From the sequence record NC_041869.1: a DNA stretch of 64,000 nt, one strand, 5' to 3'. Every line of letters starts with the position of its first letter. Position 1 is the stretch's first letter. Source of the stretch: Escherichia phage APECc02. This document shows, piece after piece, positions 45,986 through 54,637 of the stretch. The position numbers and the translations under genes were made by a program. The notes beneath the pieces are model-generated. The model saw only the letters and a list, made by a program, of their open reading frames with translations. It ran no database searches and had not been told where the DNA came from.

Positions 45986-46519
45986 CTACAAATGGTCGCT
46001 GAGGGTGTCAAGAAAATTATCCCGTTCTTTCTCAGAGTTTTCATGTGTGTAGCTGAAAAACATATCGAGAATAACCTTATTGATATATTCCAGCTCCTCT
46101 GTGTTCAGATGCTTAGCAGGATCTACAATGACATCCCAAATATCATACAGACCGCACTCATGATACCCATAACGCCACTCAATTGTCAAGCTGAGCGGCA
46201 AATCTTTACCTTCACAAACAACCTTCCATCTACATATGTTGGTATCTGGTCGTACCTGTGCACGGTACACCTGCACAAAATCCAATTTGAATTTGAGGTA
46301 CTCGTCATACAATTTAAGCACAAAGCTCTCGATTTGTGGAGACACTTTTGCAGCAAACTGTGCGTATTTGTACTTGCACTGGATGATCTTTCTGCGTTTT
46401 GCAGTTAAATTTTTTGCCGCCAGTTGTTCTTCAGTGTATCTCCACCTACGATCAACAAACGCAACAGGGTCTTTGTCCCCATAGAGGTCTTCCCAGTTAA
46501 TCAGAAGCATACCTGTCAC
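45986..46519 (-). CDS. hypothetical protein
   Basis: 177-aa ORF. Confidence 0.55.
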   Translation of the reverse strand: MTGMLLINWEDLYGDKDPVAFVDRRWRYTEEQLAAKNLTAKRRKIIQCKYKYAQFAAKVSPQIESFVLKLYDEYLKFKLDFVQVYRAQVRPDTNICRWKVVCEGKDLPLSLTIEWRYGYHECGLYDIWDVIVDPAKHLNTEELEYINKVILDMFFSYTHENSEKERDNFLDTLSDHL

Positions 46520-46749
46520 TCCTCCACAACTTCAAGGCCTTTACCGCCTCGCTCTGGCAGATTACTTAAAGATAGGTAATACATATAATCAGGAGAGATC
46601 CTGCCAGACTCTGCACCTGCAGCTAGTAAATCCTTCCCTTTAACCAGGACAACATTCTCGTTTGCAGATAGCCGTTTTGCTTCCACAATTTTACCAACAC
46701 AGTCAACCAAGGAAGGGTACCCTAAATCTGTAAGAAATTTAACTTTCAT
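46516..46749 (-). CDS. hypothetical acidic protein, MKVK-family paralog
   Basis: MKVKFLTD ... GKDLLAAGA ... GLEVVEE. Confidence 0.55.
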   Translation of the reverse strand: MKVKFLTDLGYPSLVDCVGKIVEAKRLSANENVVLVKGKDLLAAGAESGRISPDYMYYLSLSNLPERGGKGLEVVEE

Positions 46750-46786
46750 GCTACCTCCTACCTACCATCCCTGGTAAGATAAATTA

Positions 46787-47185
46787 TTACTGAACAGAGC
46801 GCGGTGCTGGGAAGGATAACTCTTCTAAAGAGAAGATTTCATTTCCTACCACCCAAGTTGCTGGGTCATCTGGATCAACAGGTTGGATAATCATTACCTC
46901 ATCCGCCTCGCACACACGTTTCCCACCCATAGTAGCGTCAGCCACTAACATACGCGGCTCTTCAGAAATGCACAGGTAGCCACCTCGGCCCACTGTTCCT
47001 TCCACGGGATCCTGCCCTTTGACCACAATGAATACCTTCTCTCCTGTGGCGATATTACTTTTCACACTAACAGTTTGACCAACTTTAGATGTACCGATCT
47101 TGGTGGCTTCAAACATTAAATCCCGAATTACTGTTGCATAGTTGCCGGACACTTTCTTACCTTCTTTAGTAATCTCAATCTTCAT
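46787..47185 (-). CDS. hypothetical protein
   Basis: 132-aa ORF, MKIEIT start. Confidence 0.5.
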   Translation of the reverse strand: MKIEITKEGKKVSGNYATVIRDLMFEATKIGTSKVGQTVSVKSNIATGEKVFIVVKGQDPVEGTVGRGGYLCISEEPRMLVADATMGGKRVCEADEVMIIQPVDPDDPATWVVGNEIFSLEELSFPAPRSVQ

Positions 47186-47457
47186 AATCTAGGCTCCTTA
47201 AATGAATCTATGTAATCAATTAAATCCCAAGCATCGCGATGGGCTGTCAGAGGGTATACTTCTCCGAGAGGGATCATAGCAATAAGTCTATCAAAAACCC
47301 AGTCTGGACGCAACATTTTATGGTGATATTCCCACTCACCTTCCACAGATTTTTTCTGAGTTATCAGGATCTCTGTGTAGTGTTTCTCCTGTCTTGAGTA
47401 GATTGAAAATGACTTGTACATAAATGACCCCCTCTTGTTGAAAACAACAATACACAA
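47182..47457 (-). CDS. hypothetical protein
   Basis: 91-aa ORF. Confidence 0.5.
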   Translation of the reverse strand: MCIVVFNKRGSFMYKSFSIYSRQEKHYTEILITQKKSVEGEWEYHHKMLRPDWVFDRLIAMIPLGEVYPLTAHRDAWDLIDYIDSFKEPRL

Positions 47458-47742
47458 CTACCAGGTTACTGTCAAGTAGGCAACCGTATTATTTTTCTCT
47501 GGGGAGATGCCAACAACATCTACCTGCAGACCTCCTGCCCTTAAATCTCCAACAATGTGAGGGAAGTAATCTGAGAGATGCGAGGGTAGATTTATCGAAA
47601 ATCCGCACCCCAGAAAGCCTGCTAACGCTTTATTTTGTATCTCCCCCACAATCGCATCATAAATGGAGTTAAGCTCGTCAGGGAGCGTTACAGGACGTTT
47701 TAGCGCTAACTGGTGTAATTTGTCCTTAGCACTCATTTTCAT
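47458..47742 (-). CDS. hypothetical protein
   Basis: ATGA overlap with MTase stop; track ORF 47458..47772 trimmed. Confidence 0.45.
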   Translation of the reverse strand: MKMSAKDKLHQLALKRPVTLPDELNSIYDAIVGEIQNKALAGFLGCGFSINLPSHLSDYFPHIVGDLRAGGLQVDVVGISPEKNNTVAYLTVTW

Positions 47743-48272
47743 TTCAGGTCTACCTCTGGAGGTGCCAACCACATAAACGGCGGCAAGTCTAAACGGTTTT
47801 TCTTATCCCACACAAAATATGCATATGCTTGCCCGTCAGTTCTGCCGTTTGATTGAAATGATGGACGCTTAGATATTGTGATCACAGTAGTAGGTGCATT
47901 ATCAAGCCACCATTCAAATCTGGCTTTGCTTTCCAGAAAATTAAGACGCAAAAGCATAATAACTACGTCAGCATCTTTCAACGCCTTGTCTACAAACTCA
48001 CGAGCCAGGCTGTATGGTGGGTTGGTGATAATACAGTCAACATGGTTGTATTCTGTATTCAGATAGTCAACACCTTCTTGTATTTCTCCCCATGCAGATC
48101 CTAACGGCATACGGGAGTAGAACACACCTGAGGCACTATTCCTGCAAGGCTCTAAGTAGGTCCAGTCTTCTGGGAACGGAATAAGGTCATACAGCCCTTC
48201 TGCACACCACTCCGGTGTCACATACTCATCGTAGGCGTTACGTTGTTCATCAGGTTTTCGAGCACAAGTCAT
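47739..48272 (-). CDS. small DNA N6-adenine methyltransferase (phage T1 Dam-like)
   Basis: catalytic motif DCIITNPPYS; 177 aa, size typical of phage stand-alone Dam-type MTases. Confidence 0.6.
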   Translation of the reverse strand: MTCARKPDEQRNAYDEYVTPEWCAEGLYDLIPFPEDWTYLEPCRNSASGVFYSRMPLGSAWGEIQEGVDYLNTEYNHVDCIITNPPYSLAREFVDKALKDADVVIMLLRLNFLESKARFEWWLDNAPTTVITISKRPSFQSNGRTDGQAYAYFVWDKKNRLDLPPFMWLAPPEVDLK

Positions 48273-48282
48273 GCAAATCTCC

Positions 48283-48312
48283 AGATCATAAAAGCCCTCC
48301 GAAGAGGGCTTT
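48283..48312 (-). terminator. putative rho-independent terminator (minus strand)
   Basis: hairpin AAAGCCCTC-CGAAG-AGGGCTTT followed on minus strand by TTTTAT. Confidence 0.5.
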
Positions 48313-48323
48313 AGAATTAATGT

Positions 48324-49373
48324 TTAAGCTTCTTCGACAATTCCTGCACCCAGGATTTTTTCATTGAGCTCTTTTGCTGTTTTAATAATATTGTCCACCA
48401 GACGCTTGCGAGTCTTATCTTTTACCTTAACCTCTTCACCGCCGTTTAGGGTTGTCTTCAATTGGGACAAAATGTCTTGAAGTTCAACGACAGAGAATCG
48501 CTGCAGATCTTCTGAGGTAATCTCACCTAAGGCAATCTTAACGGTCTCACCACTTTCCATCTGCAGGTTCAGGAACACAGTGTGAACATCACCTTTCGAA
48601 CCACCAGCTTTTGCAGATTCAACAGCATGAACTAACTCATCTAAAGAGGTACACTGGTGAATCTCCGGGAGACCTGCTTCACCTAACACACCTTCTTCAT
48701 CACCTTTTGCCAGAAGCTTTTTCGGTTTTTGTCCGTTCTGGATGCGTTGTATGTTACCTTCATCCAGAATGATAGCTCCAGTTCGAGCTGCCAGCTCCTC
48801 TCCGTCCAACCACACTTCACCACCAGCTGTGATGGATGCGATCTCATCTTCTGTCAGCACCCAACCGTAGTATTTTTCGATCAGGCGTTCGAAACGCTTT
48901 TTCCAGTAGCTGACCTGAGTATTCATGTTCACACCGTTACCATAAGTGCCACCTTGATAGTAGTGGAACATAAATTCTGTGTCCGGAGCCACAGTACGTT
49001 CTTTGCAACCCAGCCATAAGATTGTTCCCGCAGAGCAGCACATCCCTTCCGCATGTGCAACAACGCTTGCCTGAGACTCGCGGAATGCCTGCAGATAAGC
49101 CATCGCAATGTGCACGCAACCACCAGGGCTGTTAATGATCACTCGAATGCTTTCTTCAGGCTGAGCCATACGGATCGTCTGCAGGCGAGACATATGATCC
49201 TGCAGGTCTTCCAAATCGTCGATATAAAGAACGTGGTCAACAACAGGTGTTGGGTAGCTGTATGTCTCCATAATACCACCCGGCATACCGAACATTTTAT
49301 TACTCATAGGTTCGAAACCGTTCTGTTTTTCTTTCATGCCGTGTACCATGGTGCTGCGAGGTGTTAAATTCAT
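48324..49373 (-). CDS. ClpP-like serine protease with C-terminal extension of about 120 aa
   Basis: INSPGG motif, catalytic-Ser context GMCCSAGT, His context FMFHYYQGG, as in ClpP/S14 peptidases. Confidence 0.65.
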   Translation of the reverse strand: MNLTPRSTMVHGMKEKQNGFEPMSNKMFGMPGGIMETYSYPTPVVDHVLYIDDLEDLQDHMSRLQTIRMAQPEESIRVIINSPGGCVHIAMAYLQAFRESQASVVAHAEGMCCSAGTILWLGCKERTVAPDTEFMFHYYQGGTYGNGVNMNTQVSYWKKRFERLIEKYYGWVLTEDEIASITAGGEVWLDGEELAARTGAIILDEGNIQRIQNGQKPKKLLAKGDEEGVLGEAGLPEIHQCTSLDELVHAVESAKAGGSKGDVHTVFLNLQMESGETVKIALGEITSEDLQRFSVVELQDILSQLKTTLNGGEEVKVKDKTRKRLVDNIIKTAKELNEKILGAGIVEEA

Positions 49374-49433
49374 GAGAAATCCTTAATATTGGAAGTTGAA
49401 AGCTATTTATTTAAACCTGATTCACATTTACCT

Positions 49434-49745
49434 TTATTTAGCAATCACTAGTGAATACTTACGATTGTCAGAAGCATCACAGCTCAATGATTGCCAGTCT
49501 ACCACATACCACGTATCATTGTCAACAATTACTTTATCGCCTGTTCTGTAGCAGGTACTGCTTTCAATAATCCGAGACTCGATAAAGAATCTGTGTCGGC
49601 GCTCACGTAGCAACGCTAAGTTGATTATATTACCACCGCTGTCCTTGATCCACACATTCTTGGATCCTTTATTTGCCAAAATTGTCTCGCCGTTGTAGAC
49701 AAACAGGCAGTATATTTTATTCAGTTTCTCTTGTATTGTAGCCAT
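49434..49745 (-). CDS. hypothetical protein
   Basis: 103-aa ORF downstream of minus-strand promoter. Confidence 0.5.
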   Translation of the reverse strand: MATIQEKLNKIYCLFVYNGETILANKGSKNVWIKDSGGNIINLALLRERRHRFFIESRIIESSTCYRTGDKVIVDNDTWYVVDWQSLSCDASDNRKYSLVIAK

Positions 49746-49773
49746 ACTGTCCTTCTCTCTGTTTTGTCCGATA

Positions 49774-49802
49774 ATAATATCTAAAGCTTACCTATTTGTC
49801 AA
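49774..49802 (-). promoter_or_regulatory. sigma70-like promoter (minus strand) TTGACA-N17-TATTAT
   Basis: read on minus strand; -35 at 49802-49797, -10 at 49779-49774; hairpin GGGTGG/CCACCC at 49821-49841 just upstream. Confidence 0.55.
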
Positions 49803-49846
49803 CAACTGTTTTAGATATTTAAGGGTGGAATAACCACCCTTCTGTA

Positions 49847-50635
49847 TTACTCGGAAACAGGGGTCCAAATATGATTTGCACGATCCTCAATAAGATTGAG
49901 TGCGATCTGACGACCCAACCCGGAACGAACGACATCGTCTGGACTATCAAAGCTGATCATTCCAACCTCAGGATCTGGATGACGAGTAAAGAAATCCGTC
50001 ACCCATGCAAGGCCAGATTTACCAGGGATGTCACGTTGGCTATTATCACCCATAATTACAAGGGTGGCCTGATCAGAGATCCTTGTGATAATTGACAACA
50101 TTTCTTCAGGGTTAGTTTGCTGTGCCTCGTCAATCAGGACAAAGCATCGCTCATCGAAACTACGACCACGAATGCTTTCAACTTCACAAATCTCGATACG
50201 ACTGTTCTGACCGTCTCCCAGCATTGCGGCAAAAGCACCTTTGCCAACACGACGACAAATCGTGTCCATCATGCTTCGAAGATAGGGCCACAGTTTCTGC
50301 ATTGCATTTCCGGGTTTAAATCCTGAAGTCTTTCCTGTCTGGACGTAAGGACGTGCAACAATGATCTTATCAATCTCGTTCTTACGCAGAAGATCACCTG
50401 CATATGCAGATGCCATAAATGTCTTACCGGATCCAAACACACCGTTTACAATAATAATCTTACGTGACCCCAGATAATCAAGATACTTTTGCTGCTTCTT
50501 ATTCATTGGTCGGAGAGCTGGAGCGGTGTGCTCTCTTTCGTCAGCAAATTTCTCAGCAGCCTTACGCAGGCGATCAGATTTGCGAGCCTCTCTAGCTTCA
50601 TCACGCATGCGTTTTGTTTCTTTAGCTCGACCCAT
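49847..50635 (-). CDS. phoH: PhoH-like ATPase
   Basis: Walker A GVFGSGKT, Walker B VLIDEAQ, PhoH-family length and motif spacing. Confidence 0.8.
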   Translation of the reverse strand: MGRAKETKRMRDEAREARKSDRLRKAAEKFADEREHTAPALRPMNKKQQKYLDYLGSRKIIIVNGVFGSGKTFMASAYAGDLLRKNEIDKIIVARPYVQTGKTSGFKPGNAMQKLWPYLRSMMDTICRRVGKGAFAAMLGDGQNSRIEICEVESIRGRSFDERCFVLIDEAQQTNPEEMLSIITRISDQATLVIMGDNSQRDIPGKSGLAWVTDFFTRHPDPEVGMISFDSPDDVVRSGLGRQIALNLIEDRANHIWTPVSE

Positions 50636-50673
50636 GTTGGGACTCCTTTCAGATTGAGATGTGCCAAGTACTT

Positions 50674-51024
50674 TTACTGCAACAGTTTTTCAATAGCCGC
50701 TTCCATGCTGCTTGCAACAGCCTGAACTCGGATATTCATCTCTTCTTGGTGGATCAGCTCCTTAAGCTCTTTAATGGTAAATTCTTTAGAGAAACCTTCC
50801 ACCATAATCTTGTGCAAGGCTTCTTGCGTGTCTACTTGCAAGAACTTTTCCAGTTTGTTGGCAGAGGCTTCTAAATCAGCCCGAATACGAGGGTCATCTG
50901 TGCGATTCAGCATTAGGCGTAAGCCATCAAGATTAGTAGAAATAGCATCTGCATGTTGAGTAACTAACCGTGGCAAAATGAGGTCTACAAACTTATTAGC
51001 CAAATCGATACGTTCTTGTGTCAC
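50674..51024 (-). CDS. hypothetical protein
   Basis: 116-aa ORF with GTG start overlapping upstream stop (GTGA). Confidence 0.45.
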   Translation of the reverse strand: MTQERIDLANKFVDLILPRLVTQHADAISTNLDGLRLMLNRTDDPRIRADLEASANKLEKFLQVDTQEALHKIMVEGFSKEFTIKELKELIHQEEMNIRVQAVASSMEAAIEKLLQ

Positions 51025-51134
51025 TGTTGCACCCCCTCTTCATCTTCATGATGTTTCTTTTCACGCTTGTGTTTTTTCTTAAGCTCAAGCGCAATCTCTT
51101 TCTTGTACGCCTTCTTCAAGGCTTTTTTAGCCAT
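51021..51134 (-). CDS. small Lys-rich basic peptide, 37 aa (below ORF-track cutoff)
   Basis: ATG 6 nt after AGGAGG, downstream of a minus-strand consensus-like promoter; MAKKALKKAYKKEIALELKKKHKREKKHHEDEEGVQQ. Confidence 0.45.
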   Translation of the reverse strand: MAKKALKKAYKKEIALELKKKHKREKKHHEDEEGVQQ

Positions 51135-51163
51135 TTGGCACCTCCTCTGCTTTCATTACGCTA

Positions 51164-51204
51164 ATTATAACCAACTTAACAAAACTTTGTCAACAATTAG
51201 TCAA
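51164..51204 (-). promoter_or_regulatory. sigma70-like promoter (minus strand), tandem -35 boxes TTGACT/TTGACA and -10 TATAAT
   Basis: read on minus strand: TTGACTAATTGTTGACA-N18-TATAAT; overlaps 3' end of nrdG. Confidence 0.55.
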
Positions 51205-51670
51205 CCTGAACCCAACCACCTGCTGCCTTTTTAAACATTCTTTGGTTATCACTACCTCTGAAGGGTTTTTTGGTTGGGTTATCTTTTTCGTACTTACCAT
51301 CCATAATGTAATCGACACTATCTTTAATGTAATCGGGAACCTCTTCAAACAAATACCCTGTGTACACCCAGATAGTTTTTGTGTTGCCGAAGTGTTCACG
51401 GATAGCGCTAATGATCGAGTACATACCCTCAATATTGTAAGGCGCTAAAGGTTCGCCACCGCATAATGTAACGCCAGTAATGTGTTTCGGCTCTATAGAG
51501 TGAAGTATACTCTCAATAGTGTCATTTGTTAACGGTTCCCCTTTAGCTGGTGACCAAACACTTTTGTTTTGGCAACCGACGCAGTGATGTGGGCAACCAG
51601 AACAGAACACCGTTGTCCTAATGCCTGGGCCGTCAACCATGCTACACTCTATAATATTAACAACATTCAT
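51197..51670 (-). CDS. nrdG: anaerobic ribonucleotide reductase activating protein (radical SAM)
   Basis: radical-SAM cluster CSGCPHHCVGC; adjacent to nrdD. Confidence 0.8.
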   Translation of the reverse strand: MNVVNIIECSMVDGPGIRTTVFCSGCPHHCVGCQNKSVWSPAKGEPLTNDTIESILHSIEPKHITGVTLCGGEPLAPYNIEGMYSIISAIREHFGNTKTIWVYTGYLFEEVPDYIKDSVDYIMDGKYEKDNPTKKPFRGSDNQRMFKKAAGGWVQVD

Positions 51671-51903
51671 TCCTTATCCTCTTTTAGGTAAGGATATTCA
51701 GGCCCACAATAAGCTCTATCCAAGAAAACAGCTTCTTCCCCTCTGGAATCAGTAGATCTATAATACCCATCACCATGGTAACTAACGAACCAGTGGCACC
51801 CATCATCGCTTTCTACTGTTGTGGCTCTGTCCGAATGAAAGATAATTTCGTAATCCTTACCGAATGTAAACCATCTGTTAGCTTTTACACAGACACCTAT
51901 CAT
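51667..51903 (-). CDS. hypothetical protein
   Basis: 78-aa ORF between nrdD and nrdG. Confidence 0.45.
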   Translation of the reverse strand: MIGVCVKANRWFTFGKDYEIIFHSDRATTVESDDGCHWFVSYHGDGYYRSTDSRGEEAVFLDRAYCGPEYPYLKEDKE

Positions 51904-52235
51904 AAGGAACCTCTCTTCTGTGGTGTGCTTCTATTCAAGATAAACCTATAAAAGTCCATTTGATGAAGCCGTATAACTTTTTATACTTACGCTTCAGTGC
52001 TAACAATTTTATCTTGATTTTCTTGATAGATTCCCGCATTTCGACCCCTTATGCTTATAAGTACTCCGCATCGCATTCAGGGCAATGCCAAATAAAATCG
52101 TCCAGTGCCTTGCACCAACGAAGATTGCAACGACAACCACACTTGCAAATTTTATAAATACCTTTAGACATACTGTACCCCCCTAGCTCACTGTGTGTCA
52201 ATAATATGCCACATCCTTGTGGCTTTTGTCAAGTA

Positions 52236-54359
52236 TCAGCAACTACAACTTCCATAGTGCTTAACTCGCTCGATAACTTCCGCTTGCTTACCTTTATTGT
52301 AAGGACGGGAGTTAGGACTGGAAAGGTATCCAGACACACGTCGAATTACACTGATCGTTCCCTCTTCATGGTTTCCACACTCTGGGCATACAAAGCCTTT
52401 AGCTGTTGCACTGAACTCACCAGAGAAACCACACTTGAGACATTTATCCACAGGTTGGTTAATACCAAAATACATAATATGTTTATACCCGAAGTCAACA
52501 AGAGCCTCTAAAGCATCCAGGTTGTTTTTCAGGTTAGGTGTCTCTACGTATCCAATGTTGCCACCAGAGGAGATCATAGCAAAACCTTCCTCATACTCCC
52601 ACTTATCAAAAGGAGAGCTATTTATCCACACTGGCTGATGGAAACTGTTGGTGAGATATTCATGCTCGTGCTTTAACACTTCTGGATATTCACGATCCAG
52701 ACAGGTTGCAGCTTTATAGCATAGACTCTCAGAAGGAGTGCCGTACAAGCTAAATGCTAGTCTACTTTCCTTCTTGTATCGCTCACAAGCATCTCTCATG
52801 TGCTGAAGGATTCCAAGAGCTAAAGCCTTGTCACCTTCTCTGCCCAAAATCTGACAGGTTTCATACACACCAATATACCCAATACTGATGGAAGCGTACC
52901 CGTCATAGAAGAGTTTATCAATACTTTCTTCGGGATCCAGGCGAGCAAGAGCGCCTTCACACCACATGATGGGGTTCTGCCCTGCCTTTGTTCCTTTTAG
53001 ACGGTTAACCCTTACAAGGTGAGCCTCGTATGCAAGATCCAAGTATTCGTCAAGAACTGCAAAGAAATCAACACCTTCCGTCTTAGCTTTTGCCGCAATC
53101 ATTGGCAGGTTAAGGCTAACAACGCCTAAGTTAAATCTGCCAAGGTATTTCTCCTCGCCTGTTTCCAAGTCATTGTATTTACTAAGAAAACTCCTGCAAC
53201 CCATGCTAGTTACTTTGCCATCTGTCGAGCCTGTCACTTTTCTATTTAGTGGTACAGATACGAAGTCAGGATAGATACGTTCTGCACAGCATTCCAGAGC
53301 TAATCGTTTCAAATCATAGTTAGGATCCCCAGGGTTCATGTTGACACCCTCTTCCAGGAAGAACAGCACTTTAGGGAACACAGGTGTGATACGTTCTTCA
53401 CCAAGACCCATTTTGTGGACTTTCAAGTAGTTTTTGGTAATCATTCTACCAAAGACCGAGGTATCTAGTCCTAAACTTAATGTGATGAATGGAGTTTGCC
53501 CGTTGACAGAGGTTAACGTATTGATTTGATAGAGCAAAGTCTGCATGCTGTCAAATACATCTTTATCTGTCATTTGCATTGCAACAGTTTCAGCATCCGG
53601 CAACCAATGTTCCTGGCAAAATTTAAGGTTCTTCTCATAGGTTGCTTCAGCATACTGTGCCAGATAATGATCAATATGGCTCATAGTCTGACCACCATAT
53701 TGAGCACTAGCTACCGCGCTAGAGATTTGACTAAGGATTGTTGTTGCAACCCCTATTGACTTCGGCTTACTGACATGGGCGTTGCCAATGTTGAATCCGT
53801 TTTCCAACATATCTGGATAATTTACCAAACAACAGTTTGTTAACGGGCTGATCAAGTAGTCAAGATCATGCACATGGATGAAGCCTTTATTGTGCTCTTC
53901 TGAAACACGGTCTGGCAGGATCTGTGTTGATGCAAGGTGTTTGCTAAGGATGCCTGCAAGCAGGTCACGATGAGTGTGTACATGATTAGTGGGCTTATTT
54001 GCGTTTTCTTTTGTAAATTCATCACAAGTTCGATCCAAGAAGCCACTAATATCTGCAAGCAGTTTTCCACCTGCCTCTCTGTTATTATCTCTTGTCTGTC
54101 TATACTGGATGTATTCTCTGGCTGCACATTTTAAACCCATATCCATAAGAGCATCTTCAACAAGGATATGGATATTTTTTACAGAGATCGTGCACTGGTC
54201 GGTTGGCAGATTGTTAGCAACAACTTCATTAACCGCACAAGCGATCCGGTAAGCTTCTTCTTCAGTATGCCCAGACTCAAGTAAGGCGGACTCTGCCGCC
54301 TTGATCACCTTAATTCCGTTATAGAACTCTTCTCTACCGTCCCGTTTTACAACTTTCAC
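52236..54359 (-). CDS. nrdD: anaerobic ribonucleoside-triphosphate reductase
   Basis: 707 aa; glycyl-radical motif RVSGY near C-terminus; C-terminal Cys cluster CLKCG...CPECG. Confidence 0.85.
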   Translation of the reverse strand: MKVVKRDGREEFYNGIKVIKAAESALLESGHTEEEAYRIACAVNEVVANNLPTDQCTISVKNIHILVEDALMDMGLKCAAREYIQYRQTRDNNREAGGKLLADISGFLDRTCDEFTKENANKPTNHVHTHRDLLAGILSKHLASTQILPDRVSEEHNKGFIHVHDLDYLISPLTNCCLVNYPDMLENGFNIGNAHVSKPKSIGVATTILSQISSAVASAQYGGQTMSHIDHYLAQYAEATYEKNLKFCQEHWLPDAETVAMQMTDKDVFDSMQTLLYQINTLTSVNGQTPFITLSLGLDTSVFGRMITKNYLKVHKMGLGEERITPVFPKVLFFLEEGVNMNPGDPNYDLKRLALECCAERIYPDFVSVPLNRKVTGSTDGKVTSMGCRSFLSKYNDLETGEEKYLGRFNLGVVSLNLPMIAAKAKTEGVDFFAVLDEYLDLAYEAHLVRVNRLKGTKAGQNPIMWCEGALARLDPEESIDKLFYDGYASISIGYIGVYETCQILGREGDKALALGILQHMRDACERYKKESRLAFSLYGTPSESLCYKAATCLDREYPEVLKHEHEYLTNSFHQPVWINSSPFDKWEYEEGFAMISSGGNIGYVETPNLKNNLDALEALVDFGYKHIMYFGINQPVDKCLKCGFSGEFSATAKGFVCPECGNHEEGTISVIRRVSGYLSSPNSRPYNKGKQAEVIERVKHYGSCSC

Positions 54360-54634
54360 TTTTTCTCTCCAAAACCATTCTTAACAAAAGAGATGAAATC
54401 GTCGGCACCGCCTATATGGATACTGTCAAGATTGCTTTCTAAGAAGATTTGCGGCAACGTTCTGGGGACAATTGGACTACACTTCTCAATAAGCTCTTCT
54501 TTTGTGTAGCCCTCGCCAAGTGTCTTATATACAAAAGGCAGACCTTTGCTGATTGCAAATTCTTTTGCTCTGACACAATGTGGGCAGTTATCCTTACCGT
54601 AAATGATGATGAAAAAAGATTTTTCGCAGCTCAT
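54356..54634 (-). CDS. glutaredoxin-like protein
   Basis: active site CPHC, TLPQIF and GGADD motifs; located between nrdB and nrdD. Confidence 0.7.
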   Translation of the reverse strand: MSCEKSFFIIIYGKDNCPHCVRAKEFAISKGLPFVYKTLGEGYTKEELIEKCSPIVPRTLPQIFLESNLDSIHIGGADDFISFVKNGFGEKK

Positions 54635-54637
54635 ATA

